Positions 18,407 to 27,384 of a stretch of DNA of 64,000 bases are shown piece after piece. The first letter of the stretch is position 1; each line of letters opens with the position of its first letter. The DNA is from an uncultured virus (IMG/VR IMGVR_UViG_3300026430_000073) (lineage: Duplodnaviria; Heunggongvirae; Uroviricota; Caudoviricetes), in IMG/VR virus record IMGVR_UViG_3300026430_000073, positions 1 to 64,000 of that record. One strand, given 5' to 3'. The notes beneath the pieces were generated by a model. The model was not told where the DNA came from and ran no database searches. It saw nothing but the letters and a program-made list of their open reading frames with translations. Both the position numbers and the translations under genes were made by a program.

Positions 18407-19005
18407 TGACGACTGTAGTATTCGATGGCGTCACTCTGGCAGCCGACTCTCAGCGTAGCCGCGGCATGGGCTCGGGCGATCGTCATTGCGTCCATTGTAA
18501 GGAATCGATCAACGCAACTGCGTCGTTCGTTGAGAAGCTTCAAGTACCTAAGAAGGCGGTGTCCTTCCAAGGCGAACGTGTCGTCGCTGTCGCCACTGCC
18601 GGTACGGTGAATCTCACCCAAGGCCTCGTCCACGCCATATTCACCGGGATGGATCTTGATGCGGCTATTGAACTCCTGAAAGCCACCACGACAGAAAATC
18701 AGACTCTGCCCACCGGTACCGTGCTGGTTCTCACCAAGGAGAGTTTCTTCGAACTCAAGATGGGCATCAAGCACAAGTTCACCGTCAAGAAGATCACCAA
18801 GTTCCCGTACTTCGCTGGATCTGGTGCTGACGTGGCTCGTTGCGGCATGGACATGCTCGGCCTCAGCGCGGCTAAGGCGGTTCAGTTGGCCCGCCAGTAC
18901 GACAAGGCTACCGGCGGTGAAGTCCGCTACATCGCCCGTAAGGGCAAAGTCAAGACAATCCCTGTCGATCGCATGATCGAAACGAATCATTCTCGCGGCG
19001 AATGA
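18406..19005 (+). CDS. HslV/proteasome-like Ntn-hydrolase
   Basis: N-terminal M-TT-VV...LAADS; GSG motif; 'A..AV.LA...D..TGG' C-terminus. Confidence 0.75.
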   Translation: MTTVVFDGVTLAADSQRSRGMGSGDRHCVHCKESINATASFVEKLQVPKKAVSFQGERVVAVATAGTVNLTQGLVHAIFTGMDLDAAIELLKATTTENQTLPTGTVLVLTKESFFELKMGIKHKFTVKKITKFPYFAGSGADVARCGMDMLGLSAAKAVQLARQYDKATGGEVRYIARKGKVKTIPVDRMIETNHSRGE

Positions 19006-19211
19006 CCAGGACCCTAGCAGCGTTAAGGGCTAGGGTCTACGCAAAGGTCTACGGCGAATGCTCGGACCCTGAGAGTCTACGACTAAGGGCTGCTGCGTTT
19101 GAAGTGGACCTCAGGGATCTAAGCCATTACAGCAGAGAACGTCGCGAACTGATAAAGAAGGTTCGTGAACTTAACGAATACGCTGATGCGTTAGAACGAT
19201 TGGAGAGATAA
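19002..19211 (+). CDS. Hypothetical protein
   Basis: Overlapping start/stop with neighbours. Confidence 0.55.
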   Translation: MTRTLAALRARVYAKVYGECSDPESLRLRAAAFEVDLRDLSHYSRERRELIKKVRELNEYADALERLER

Positions 19212-19669
19212 TGGAACGTAACAACCTCCACAAGGAAGGTGAGTATTACGTAGTGCTGCTCGGGAATTTCCATACGCCGTCCCCGCATACCGGCTTCACG
19301 TACGAGATCAACAGTAATCTCCACAAGGAGATTGCCCGACTCAACAAAATGCGGACACTCTATTGCACCTTAGGCGGACCGACTCGACGTGCGCACGCCA
19401 CATCGGAAGATGCGATCATTGCATTTCAGAATATCGAGATGGATGACATTTGTGCTCTGGTGCGTAACGTGCATATGCGGTACGAAGACGATCAAGCTTT
19501 CCTGCTCGGCCAACTTCGGTTTGCTGGACCTAAAGGTCAGATCGCCAAAGACATGTTCGCAGAACCGGGCAAAGCGCGTATGGCGATGCGGTCACTTCTA
19601 AAACCGACAGTCAGCACGCACAAAGAAATCGATCGCATCATCACATTCGATTTGGTCTACGGCGAATGA
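19211..19669 (+). CDS. Degenerate prohead-protease-like paralogue (gp175/S80-like)
   Basis: YYVVLLG, LYCTLGGP, LLGQLRFAGPKG, MAMRS, IITFDLV follow the order of phiKZ-type head protease motifs. Confidence 0.5.
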   Translation: MERNNLHKEGEYYVVLLGNFHTPSPHTGFTYEINSNLHKEIARLNKMRTLYCTLGGPTRRAHATSEDAIIAFQNIEMDDICALVRNVHMRYEDDQAFLLGQLRFAGPKGQIAKDMFAEPGKARMAMRSLLKPTVSTHKEIDRIITFDLVYGE

Positions 19670-19950
19670 GTAAGAACTCTCAGCGTGCCAAGCTCTGGTA
19701 CGAGGAAGGTAAACGCGACGCACTATCTGGTAAATGGAAGCTCAAACGAAGGCCACGCCATGGGGTGTTCAAGAACGCAGCCATGTGGTCTTACCGTAAG
19801 GGCTTCCAACACGGCCTCGCGGAATTACATCAGCAAAGGAAGCGCGAGCAATTGGCAACATTCAAAAGGAAAGCCGGGAGGGTCATTCGCGATATCCTGG
19901 TCTTCGGTTCCATCATCGGCTGCGTAGCCTACGTAGCGTTCTTCAAGTAA
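19666..19950 (+). CDS. Hypothetical protein with C-terminal TM helix
   Basis: Basic N-terminus, hydrophobic C-terminus. Confidence 0.6.
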   Translation: MSKNSQRAKLWYEEGKRDALSGKWKLKRRPRHGVFKNAAMWSYRKGFQHGLAELHQQRKREQLATFKRKAGRVIRDILVFGSIIGCVAYVAFFK

Positions 19951-19959
19951 GGAAACCCC

Positions 19960-20733
19960 ATGCCAAAGATTCATTTCATCAGTAAGGAAGCTGCTGTCGC
20001 GCTGACTAAGCCGACGCGACTGATCGGCCTGCGCGGTAGTTACGACTCGCCAGCCGTTTACCACGCTAACCACATTCAGCTCTTGCAGCTGAAGTTCGAT
20101 CCGATGAACATGTCGAAGGTCAAGCCGGAAGGTCAAATCACCGACGAGCACATCCTCTCGATCATCGACTTCGCGTTGGTAGCGTCAGAGTCTCGTAAGG
20201 AGATCATCGTCCATTGTGGCGAAGGCCGTATCCGCTCTCCGGCGGTGGCTCAGTTCATCGAGTACATCCTCGAGTTCATCTACGAGGAAGAGGACGCGGC
20301 TCCTGATGTCGAACCTTACTACATGGCCACTGACCACCCTGGCTGCATCGGCAGCGCTGGCGGTATGGACCGTGAGTTGTTCTTCCGCATGAAGATGTTC
20401 TGGGAGCATCGCGGTAAGAAAGACCCTCTGGTTGAGATGTTCCACAAGAACCGCAAAGCCGGGCACAAGGTCGTGGAGATCTTGCGCGATGCAGGCATGG
20501 TTCGTTACATCCCCAAACATCTTCTCGACAATCGCTACCCCGGCTATGTGTTCTGTCCTGAGGACAGAACCAATACCGAGGAGTTGACGTTCGAGGAGCG
20601 TTACGCCTTGATGTACCCCGGCTGCAAGCCGCCGACGAATGAATTCGAGCTCGGCGACGCGCACTGTGCTGTCGAAAACAACCGCACTCCAACTCACCGC
20701 ATTATCCCAACTATGGACAAGGAAGCTGTATAA
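19960..20733 (+). CDS. Cys-dependent protein/tyrosine phosphatase-like protein
   Basis: IIVHCGEGRIRS (HCx5R). Confidence 0.8.
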   Translation: MPKIHFISKEAAVALTKPTRLIGLRGSYDSPAVYHANHIQLLQLKFDPMNMSKVKPEGQITDEHILSIIDFALVASESRKEIIVHCGEGRIRSPAVAQFIEYILEFIYEEEDAAPDVEPYYMATDHPGCIGSAGGMDRELFFRMKMFWEHRGKKDPLVEMFHKNRKAGHKVVEILRDAGMVRYIPKHLLDNRYPGYVFCPEDRTNTEELTFEERYALMYPGCKPPTNEFELGDAHCAVENNRTPTHRIIPTMDKEAV

Positions 20734-22187
20734 TGACTGCAAAGAAACAAACTGCCCGCGAAGAATTCCTGGCTAAATACCCGACCCTCGACACCGTAGA
20801 TGTCGCCGTTGCCAAACCCGAAGAACTGCCAGCGGGCGAGCGCTTCGTCGTTTACCAATACTTGAACGGTAGCTTCGAGGTACGCGCCATTCAAGAAGTC
20901 GCTGAGCGTCTCATCGACAGCCAGCGGTCTGCCTGGTGGCCAAAGGTGTTCAAAGCCATTGTGGACGGTAAGTACACCAAGCTCAGCGTTACTCCTGATG
21001 TTGCCGATCCACGCGCGCACATCAAGGCCAGATGTAACGAGATGCGCGATAATTACCGTCAACTGTTCCCAGACTTCGAAATGCCGTCGACGCGTAAGCT
21101 CGAGAAGGACCGCTACGGCGTCCCGATCAAAGTCTTCGAAACCGACAATTGTCACTTCTGTGAAGTGTTCGACGACAAGTTGTACGAAGACCTGGTCGGC
21201 GAAAAGGCAGAAGCGCTCATTGAGTTCTACAGCCTCGTAATGCGTGGCGAAGTCACCAAGCTGCGCGAAATCAATCCTGAGACTGACAACATGACTGCAG
21301 AAGCCATGATCAAAGAGCGCGATAAATACGTGGTTGAAGAAGGCGAAATGCAGATCCATGATTGGGGTACCATTACCCTCATCGACCTGCATGCATGGAC
21401 AGCTATCGGCTCTCCAGCTGATCTGCGTCCTACGCACTACGTCAGCCTCACCCACGGTACCAAGCCACTCACTCGTAAGTTCTACTTCCGTGTTGAGCAG
21501 GACTTCTCGTTCACCTCTCGCCATGGCGTTGTCGTCAACCATGCCTTGCTGAACAAGCAGATCAACCTGCTGGCCATCGAGCTGCTCAAAGCGCTGGACT
21601 ATACCGACTGGCTCGCCTACAAGACTGCGGACCGTGTCGGCGCTCTGGGTTCTGCGCGCCGCGAACTCACCGGATTTGAGCTCTCGACGCCGTTTGGTAT
21701 ACTCGGCGCCAGTGTCTTGGACCACTCGGTCGACTCGTTGAGCTCCGTGTTGCGGAAGATGGACTTCAAGCGCAAGCCTACCATGGTGATGACTGCCGCT
21801 GGTAAGGAAGTCGAACTGAGCGACGCCATCACTACGTTCAGCCTGACTACCATCAACGACATCACCAAGCACGAAAACGTGGTCAACGTTGACGTCGATG
21901 AGATTTCGCGCGAGATCAGTGTCGACATCGGCCCGTGGGCGTTCAGCACCAATCGTCATTCCGGCATCAAGGCGGCAATCAACACGCTCTGGCCTGGCGT
22001 GACGATCACCCTGTACGCCAACCCTGGTCACTACCCTGACTCGGCGCTGGTGCAGAAGATCACCGACATCGACTACGAGGCCTTGGAAAGCCAAGTAGGT
22101 CCTAAGCTGCACAACGAGGTCTTCGAGCCTTGTGAGGGCGTCACCATCAGCCTCGAGAACGCCACCTTCCGGTTCGTGTTCGAGTAA
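20733..22187 (+). CDS. Hypothetical protein (484 aa)
   Basis: Long ORF, AAGGA RBS, phage codon bias. Confidence 0.8.
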   Translation: MTAKKQTAREEFLAKYPTLDTVDVAVAKPEELPAGERFVVYQYLNGSFEVRAIQEVAERLIDSQRSAWWPKVFKAIVDGKYTKLSVTPDVADPRAHIKARCNEMRDNYRQLFPDFEMPSTRKLEKDRYGVPIKVFETDNCHFCEVFDDKLYEDLVGEKAEALIEFYSLVMRGEVTKLREINPETDNMTAEAMIKERDKYVVEEGEMQIHDWGTITLIDLHAWTAIGSPADLRPTHYVSLTHGTKPLTRKFYFRVEQDFSFTSRHGVVVNHALLNKQINLLAIELLKALDYTDWLAYKTADRVGALGSARRELTGFELSTPFGILGASVLDHSVDSLSSVLRKMDFKRKPTMVMTAAGKEVELSDAITTFSLTTINDITKHENVVNVDVDEISREISVDIGPWAFSTNRHSGIKAAINTLWPGVTITLYANPGHYPDSALVQKITDIDYEALESQVGPKLHNEVFEPCEGVTISLENATFRFVFE

Positions 22188-22264
22188 CGTTTCACATACC
22201 CGCGCTAGGCTATGTCCTAGCGTGGGACTTCTTCCCCCTGCCAACTTTTTTATTTTGGATTCCT

Positions 22265-22861
22265 ATGTCTCTCGATCTTTCGCGATTCCAACTGGAAATG
22301 GCTGATCCCGTCAAAGGGAAACTCGCCATGATCGTCGCAGCTACTGCAAACGGCGAGATAGGTTACAAGGGCACCATCCCATGGAAACTCGAAGGTGATC
22401 TTCCCCGGTTCAAAGACCTGACCACGGGTAACGTCATCATCTCCGGGCGTAGTACTCACGAATCGATGCCGGCTGTCATGGTCGGTCGTAAGCGTATCGT
22501 CGTCACCCGCTCGCCGGAATACGCTTCCGAGGTGCATGATCCAGAGAACGAAATCTATGGCGTGTCCAGTGTCGATGAAGCTCTGGAACTGGCCCGTACG
22601 TTCGACACCGAGTGGATCTTCTTTGTCGGTGGCGCCAGCATCTACGAAGAAGCCCTCGACATCGTCGGTACTGTGTTCCTGACGCTGGTCCACAAGACAG
22701 CACCGAAGTACGATACTGTCATCAAGAACTTCCGCCTCCCTCAAGATAAGTGGGTGCGGCAGCATCTGCGTGACGTGAAAGAATCAAACCCCAAAGCGCC
22801 GGAGTTCCAGACTCCGTCCCACACCTACTACACCTTCGAGCGAATCGAAGCAACGGAGTAA
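22265..22861 (+). CDS. folA: Dihydrofolate reductase
   Basis: MIVAA..NGEIG..G.IPWK...DL..FK..T, GR.T.ES, VGGASIY. Confidence 0.92.
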   Translation: MSLDLSRFQLEMADPVKGKLAMIVAATANGEIGYKGTIPWKLEGDLPRFKDLTTGNVIISGRSTHESMPAVMVGRKRIVVTRSPEYASEVHDPENEIYGVSSVDEALELARTFDTEWIFFVGGASIYEEALDIVGTVFLTLVHKTAPKYDTVIKNFRLPQDKWVRQHLRDVKESNPKAPEFQTPSHTYYTFERIEATE

Positions 22862-22864
22862 GGC

Positions 22865-23710
22865 ATGAACGTCCCATTCCCTGTATTTGAAGGTATCTAC
22901 GTAGCCTGTAATAACCGCGGTGTAATGCCGATCAAGGCCGCGGTCCATTCGACCGATTACGGCATCAAGAACCACCATCTGGTGCAGTTCCTCTACGCCC
23001 ACCCGCCGGGCAAGTATCAGGGTCTGTCGCGCCCAAGTGCCGACAAGATCGAAATCACCTATGAAGAAGGTGATCTGAAAATCCAGGTGATTGGCTACGA
23101 GATTCTCGACCACTTCCGTAACATCGAGAAGGGCGGTAAGCCGCTCGAGTTCACCTACCCGGAAACTCTCCACTACGGTATCGACCTCGCTCAAGACCTC
23201 TGGGCGAATAGCCCGTTTGTGGAAGACGTGACCTACGCCACCTTCCTGGAGCGCACGGCGAAGAACGTAGCGGCCATCGCCGCAGCGCGCGTCCGTTGCC
23301 TGGTGATGGAATCTCGCTACATCGAAGAACTCACCAGCGCCAACCTGGTCCTGAAAGATCCGAACGTCAACCAGCACTCTGCCGGCCTGTTGCGTAACCT
23401 CCAGTTGGCAGTCCTGTATCCGCTGTTGCGTGCACGCTCCATTCGCGTACATATGTCGCCAATCGTGGCGGTCGAGCGTGCGCTGGAAGCCGTTCCTGCA
23501 CTGATGCGCGACGAGATCATCCACTACCTGACCAGCGACGAACAACCTCGCTCGACGTTCTCCGTCCCGCTCAAGAACTATATCGAACGCGTCATCGAAG
23601 ACGGCGCTCTCGATCAGTCCATGGTCGGCAATGCAATGACCGATGAAGAAGTCGAAGCTACCCTGCGCGACATCTTCTCCGATCTGCGGTTCGGCGCGAC
23701 GTTGAACTAA
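22865..23710 (+). CDS. Hypothetical protein
   Basis: Long ORF in operon. Confidence 0.75.
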   Translation: MNVPFPVFEGIYVACNNRGVMPIKAAVHSTDYGIKNHHLVQFLYAHPPGKYQGLSRPSADKIEITYEEGDLKIQVIGYEILDHFRNIEKGGKPLEFTYPETLHYGIDLAQDLWANSPFVEDVTYATFLERTAKNVAAIAAARVRCLVMESRYIEELTSANLVLKDPNVNQHSAGLLRNLQLAVLYPLLRARSIRVHMSPIVAVERALEAVPALMRDEIIHYLTSDEQPRSTFSVPLKNYIERVIEDGALDQSMVGNAMTDEEVEATLRDIFSDLRFGATLN

Positions 23711-23754
23711 CGACATAAGCGGCGGGGAAACCCGCCGTCTTTTTTTTGCTCAGT

Positions 23755-23779
23755 TAAAGAAATTAGGGTAACACATTAC
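23755..23779 (+). promoter_or_regulatory. Putative phage early promoter
   Basis: TAAA...AACACATTAC directly after terminator 23713-23748. Confidence 0.65.
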
Positions 23780-23814
23780 TGCCCTGGATAACCACCATTA
23801 ATAAGGACAGCAAC

Positions 23815-24375
23815 ATGTTGGCTTTCAATAGCGTCGAACGCTCCCGCATCTACACCGCCATCGGCAAGATGATCAAGAAAGATCGAGGCTTCCCGCACTT
23901 GCGCTTCATGGCATTTAACGAAGTCTTCGCGATCACCAAAGCGCACATGTCGGCCCAAGGTCTAGGTACTCGCGGCGGCGTTTACACGTACGAGAATAGC
24001 TTCGGCCTCGGCGTGATGATTCATGGGGAATATGGCAACGTCGCTATCGAGGTTTCCCACGACTGTAAGGACACCAACATGTTCGTGTCTCCGCAGTACG
24101 TGTTCCACGACCGTCAGGTCGAGGGCCTGGTGGAGATGTCGAAGACGGCAATGAACTTGATGGTTCGCTGCATGTGCGCAGGCTTTAGCCTCGAAGCTGT
24201 CATGCAGTGGTTCGATAGCATCTATCGTCTCCACACCAACCGCCGCACCTCGCCTAACTTCAACCCGCAGCAAACGTTCGACAAGATGTGCACGTTCCTT
24301 GAGCCGGGTTGCCGACTCATCGAAAACAAATACCAAAGTCTCATCAATAACGAGAGACTACATTCCTGGTTCTGA
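23815..24375 (+). CDS. Hypothetical protein
   Basis: AAGGA RBS. Confidence 0.7.
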   Translation: MLAFNSVERSRIYTAIGKMIKKDRGFPHLRFMAFNEVFAITKAHMSAQGLGTRGGVYTYENSFGLGVMIHGEYGNVAIEVSHDCKDTNMFVSPQYVFHDRQVEGLVEMSKTAMNLMVRCMCAGFSLEAVMQWFDSIYRLHTNRRTSPNFNPQQTFDKMCTFLEPGCRLIENKYQSLINNERLHSWF

Positions 24376-24386
24376 GGATAAGTGAA

Positions 24387-24797
24387 ATGCCGCTACGCAA
24401 GCAAACTCAACCCGCTCCAGTCTATAAACCCATCTACGTGGGCGATACCTACACTACCAAGCGTAAAGGGTCACACGCAACCCTAAGCGTATACGTGGTG
24501 GAAGTCAAACGTGATAAGGTGAAGCTCAAGCGCGATCAGTTCTGCGTAGATAGCTTCACCGAATCCCGGGCCAAGATGGACGCCTACTACGTCCGTCAAG
24601 AAGACAAGTCCACCCGTTGCCATGATGAATGCGTAAAGAACATCATCGGCTTCGCAGACGCCAGTCTCGCAATACGTCGAGCAATCGTCGAGCATCGCAT
24701 GAAGCATAACGCCCAGTTCGATGAGTTCGTAAAGAGCACCACCTCCTGTGACGTCAATCACGTCGTCACGGAGTTTTCTCTGCGTACGGCACTCTAA
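24387..24797 (+). CDS. Hypothetical protein
   Basis: GAGGA RBS. Confidence 0.7.
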   Translation: MPLRKQTQPAPVYKPIYVGDTYTTKRKGSHATLSVYVVEVKRDKVKLKRDQFCVDSFTESRAKMDAYYVRQEDKSTRCHDECVKNIIGFADASLAIRRAIVEHRMKHNAQFDEFVKSTTSCDVNHVVTEFSLRTAL

Positions 24798-24845
24798 GCC
24801 TACGCATTAACAATACCGACACCACACGGTGTTTAGGAGAGCCAC

Positions 24846-25769
24846 ATGGCTAGCAATAACATTCACAGCGCAACTTCGACAATCTCGGCCAGACTGATCG
24901 TTCTGGCAATGGAGAGAAGAACCACTACCTACGAAGAGCTCGCAGGTCTCGTGGGCATCCCTAACAGGGGCAACCAGATGGCCAAGACCATCGGCGGTCT
25001 GCTCACCCACATCTTCCACTTCTGCATCGAGAAGAACTGGCCGCACCTGACCTCGCTCGTCGTACGTAAGTCGGGCACCAACGCCGGACTGCCCGGTTCT
25101 GGATTCTGGAATCTGCTGGAAGAAGTGGGGGCTGAAGAAGCCAAGGCCTACACCAGCGGCGCACTATTCTGCGCCCCGAAGAATGTCAGGGCATCTATCG
25201 CAGGGTATCTGCAACTGCGCTGCTACGCTTACTTCGAAAAGCTCAACGGACCATCGGTGTTCGAGGAGTACCACATCGCAGACTCTGGCCGGCTTCAAAG
25301 ACCTCCAAGCGGTTACTCGAAAAACGCAGCTGCCCCTACCGACTCCGAGTTGGCGGAAATCCCTTACTTCAATCTCCTCAAGGAGTGCGAACGTGAGTTC
25401 ATCAAATCTCGGTTTTCGAGATGCGGGATGGATGAGCTTGAGGAATTCATCTCGCTGGTCCTCAATAGATCTGCCGATCTCCCAATGACCCTGCCGTCCA
25501 ACTTGCATCATCTCCGTTCCAGGTTTGCCGGACTCAGAATTCCTGGAGAGGGTGGGAAGACCTACTACGAAGTATCCCAAGAGGTCTGCTGGCACATTAC
25601 CGGCTACAAGGAACTGCGCGTCGATGAACAGCAGTTCCTGATTCGCCACCTGGCGGCGCGTAGTCCGCTGGCTCGTGATCGCGAGATCTCGATCATCAAT
25701 AACCTCGGCTTCAACATCCCAGTCGCGCGCATTCGCCAATACCTCCTCAATGAAGAGAACCCGACCTAA
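24846..25769 (+). CDS. Winged-helix-like N-terminal domain protein
   Basis: TTTYEELA...L..I...C....WPHLTSLVVRK...G.PGSGF pattern. Confidence 0.55.
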   Translation: MASNNIHSATSTISARLIVLAMERRTTTYEELAGLVGIPNRGNQMAKTIGGLLTHIFHFCIEKNWPHLTSLVVRKSGTNAGLPGSGFWNLLEEVGAEEAKAYTSGALFCAPKNVRASIAGYLQLRCYAYFEKLNGPSVFEEYHIADSGRLQRPPSGYSKNAAAPTDSELAEIPYFNLLKECEREFIKSRFSRCGMDELEEFISLVLNRSADLPMTLPSNLHHLRSRFAGLRIPGEGGKTYYEVSQEVCWHITGYKELRVDEQQFLIRHLAARSPLARDREISIINNLGFNIPVARIRQYLLNEENPT

Positions 25770-25987
25770 TGGAAGGCATGAACGTAAACATCGAGCTCAA
25801 TCCCGATGAACCACTCCCTGAGTGGATGTTGGCCAAGAACGCTGAAGAGACTGACTCCGAACGCGTGATTGACCTACTGGAAGAAGCGCTCGGGTCTTAC
25901 GAACGCCTCGGTCGGATACAGCGCCGTGACGTGATGGATCTGATCGCCACTCTGGAAGAGCATGGGTTGAAACTCGAACTCATCTGA
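25769..25987 (+). CDS. Acidic hypothetical protein
   Basis: TAATG coupling. Confidence 0.6.
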   Translation: MEGMNVNIELNPDEPLPEWMLAKNAEETDSERVIDLLEEALGSYERLGRIQRRDVMDLIATLEEHGLKLELI

Positions 25988-26163
25988 GGACGAGCTATGA
26001 AACATAAACCTCCGCTCAAGCCATTCACGGCTAAGCAGAAGAAAGCAATGTGTCGATTGAAGATCATCATGGCAGTTACCATGGCGATCTCCATGTTGAT
26101 GCGTTGATCCACAAGCCGCGGGGCTAACCACCCCGCGTTCTTTTTTTTTGTCGAGAAATCAAA

Positions 26164-26472
26164 ATGACCCGAGAAACCATGGACTTCCGTCAACGTATCG
26201 AGAACGTCATCAAAGACGTGGCCGCAGAGAATAACCTTCCGTTCACTGAGGTAGGTCTGGCCGAACTTACCGAGCTCATGCAGCCTAAGGTTCATGAGAT
26301 CATCTGGGTGCTGCTCGGTCTGGATCCTGAAGATGTCGAGGTGAAGATCGCTATCACCGCATCTCCTGTAGAGCGGGCAACGCATACCTGGAAGACCGAC
26401 ATCAACATCAAGGCCGGTACTCCTCGTCCTGGCTGTAAAGGTTGCCGGAGTTGCTCGAAGGGATCTCATTGA
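26164..26472 (+). CDS. Hypothetical protein with C-terminal CxxCxxC
   Basis: ORF ending GCKGCRSCSKGSH. Confidence 0.65.
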   Translation: MTRETMDFRQRIENVIKDVAAENNLPFTEVGLAELTELMQPKVHEIIWVLLGLDPEDVEVKIAITASPVERATHTWKTDINIKAGTPRPGCKGCRSCSKGSH

Positions 26473-26518
26473 TTTCCGTACATTTTTACGGAACGTGTAG
26501 ATAAGATGTAAGAAAGAT

Positions 26519-26594
26519 AGTGCCGTAGCTCAGCTGGTAGAGCGCACCCCTGATAAGGGTGAGGTCGGTGGTTCAATCCCACTCGGTACTACCA
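26519..26594 (+). tRNA. tRNA-Ile(GAU)
   Basis: AGTGCCG/CGGTACT acceptor, CACCC-CTGATAA-GGGTG anticodon arm, encoded CCA. Confidence 0.95.
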
Positions 26595-26603
26595 CTTGCA
26601 TCT

Positions 26604-26687
26604 GGATGGGTTCCCGAGCGGTCAAAGGGAGCGGCCTGTAAAGCCGCCATTAATTTTTCGAAGGTTCGAATCCTTCCCCATCCACCA
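26604..26687 (+). tRNA. tRNA-Tyr(GUA)
   Basis: GGATGGG/CCCATCC acceptor, GCGGC-CTGTAAA-GCCGC, long variable region, CCA. Confidence 0.95.
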
Positions 26688-26692
26688 TTTAC

Positions 26693-26757
26693 GACCCTTG
26701 CCAGGCAGCGTATTACGCAGCGCGCTTAACTAGCCGTAGATCGGCTGGAGGGTCACC
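26693..26757 (+). ncRNA. Short tRNA-like RNA (acceptor-like stem + T-arm-like hairpin, no anticodon arm)
   Basis: GACCCTT/GAGGGTC stem then A-CC; TAGCCG-TAGAT-CGGCTG hairpin directly before the 3' strand. Confidence 0.5.
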
Positions 26758-26763
26758 CTTTGT

Positions 26764-26839
26764 TCCACGATAACTCAGTCGGTAGAGTAGCGGACTGTTA
26801 ATTCGCCTGTCCCTGGTTCGAGTCCAGGTCGTGGAGCCA
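26764..26839 (+). tRNA. tRNA-Asn(GUU)
   Basis: TCCACGA/TCGTGGA acceptor, GCGGA-CTGTTAA-TTCGC, G73, CCA. Confidence 0.95.
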
Positions 26840-26847
26840 TTTTCAAT

Positions 26848-26925
26848 CGGGGTATAGCTTAGCCTGGCCTAAAGCAGCGGCCTTTGACGCCGCGATCATT
26901 GGTTCGAATCCAATTACCCCTGCCA
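26848..26925 (+). tRNA. tRNA-Gln(UUG)
   Basis: CGGGGTA/TACCCCT (1-72 mismatch), GCGGC-CTTTGAC-GCCGC, G73, CCA. Confidence 0.9.
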
Positions 26926-26933
26926 AATCAGAA

Positions 26934-27100
26934 GCTCGGTACTCCTATGCCAAGCCTAAGATCCTAGCCCCGTGCCCTCCCTACCCGAGGCGCTATAGCT
27001 GCACGTAAGGCTTTGTAGTTACATTAGACCCTACGACGACGAGGAGCCAGTCTGTTGGCTTTGAGTTATCAGGGAAGCGCCAGCGCCGCACATGCCGAGC
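26934..27100 (+). ncRNA. Unknown multi-stem structured RNA
   Basis: Nested pairings GCTCGGTA/TGCCGAGC, CTCCT/AGGAG, AAGCCT/AGGCTT, CGTGC/GCACG; no ORF. Confidence 0.55.
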
Positions 27101-27227
27101 ACTGTTCTAGCATGGTCAGACACTAGCTAGTACCGCGCAAACCTGCCTGAAGCGATATGAAGGCACCTTGGCCACTAGGGTAATTAGTGGCAAGACCTGG
27201 GGAATGTCCTCCCCAGGCGCTTATTCT

Positions 27228-27376
27228 AACTCTGTAGCTCATTGGTAGAGCGTCCTCACCTTCCTGAAAAGGATTGCAGGTTCGAGTCCTGCTTGGCCGG
27301 CACTATCGGCCAATGGCGGAATTGGTAGACGCAAACATGAGGAAGGCAGCGGGTTCGATTCCCTGCTAGAGTTACC
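27228..27376 (+). ncRNA. Double-elbow tRNA-like RNA 1 (permuted class-II tRNA body in place of the anticodon loop)
   Basis: Outer acceptor AACTCTG/TAGAGTT with D and T arms; inner variable arm, T arm, TTGGCCG/CGGCCAA acceptor and Leu-type D arm, in permuted order. Confidence 0.85.
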
Positions 27377-27384
27377 TATTCAAT

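Noticed and set aside
27135..27220. Possible hammerhead ribozyme (CTGAAGCGA near several hairpins)
   Set aside because: The core is not CUGAnGA and there is no correctly placed GAAA/NUH.
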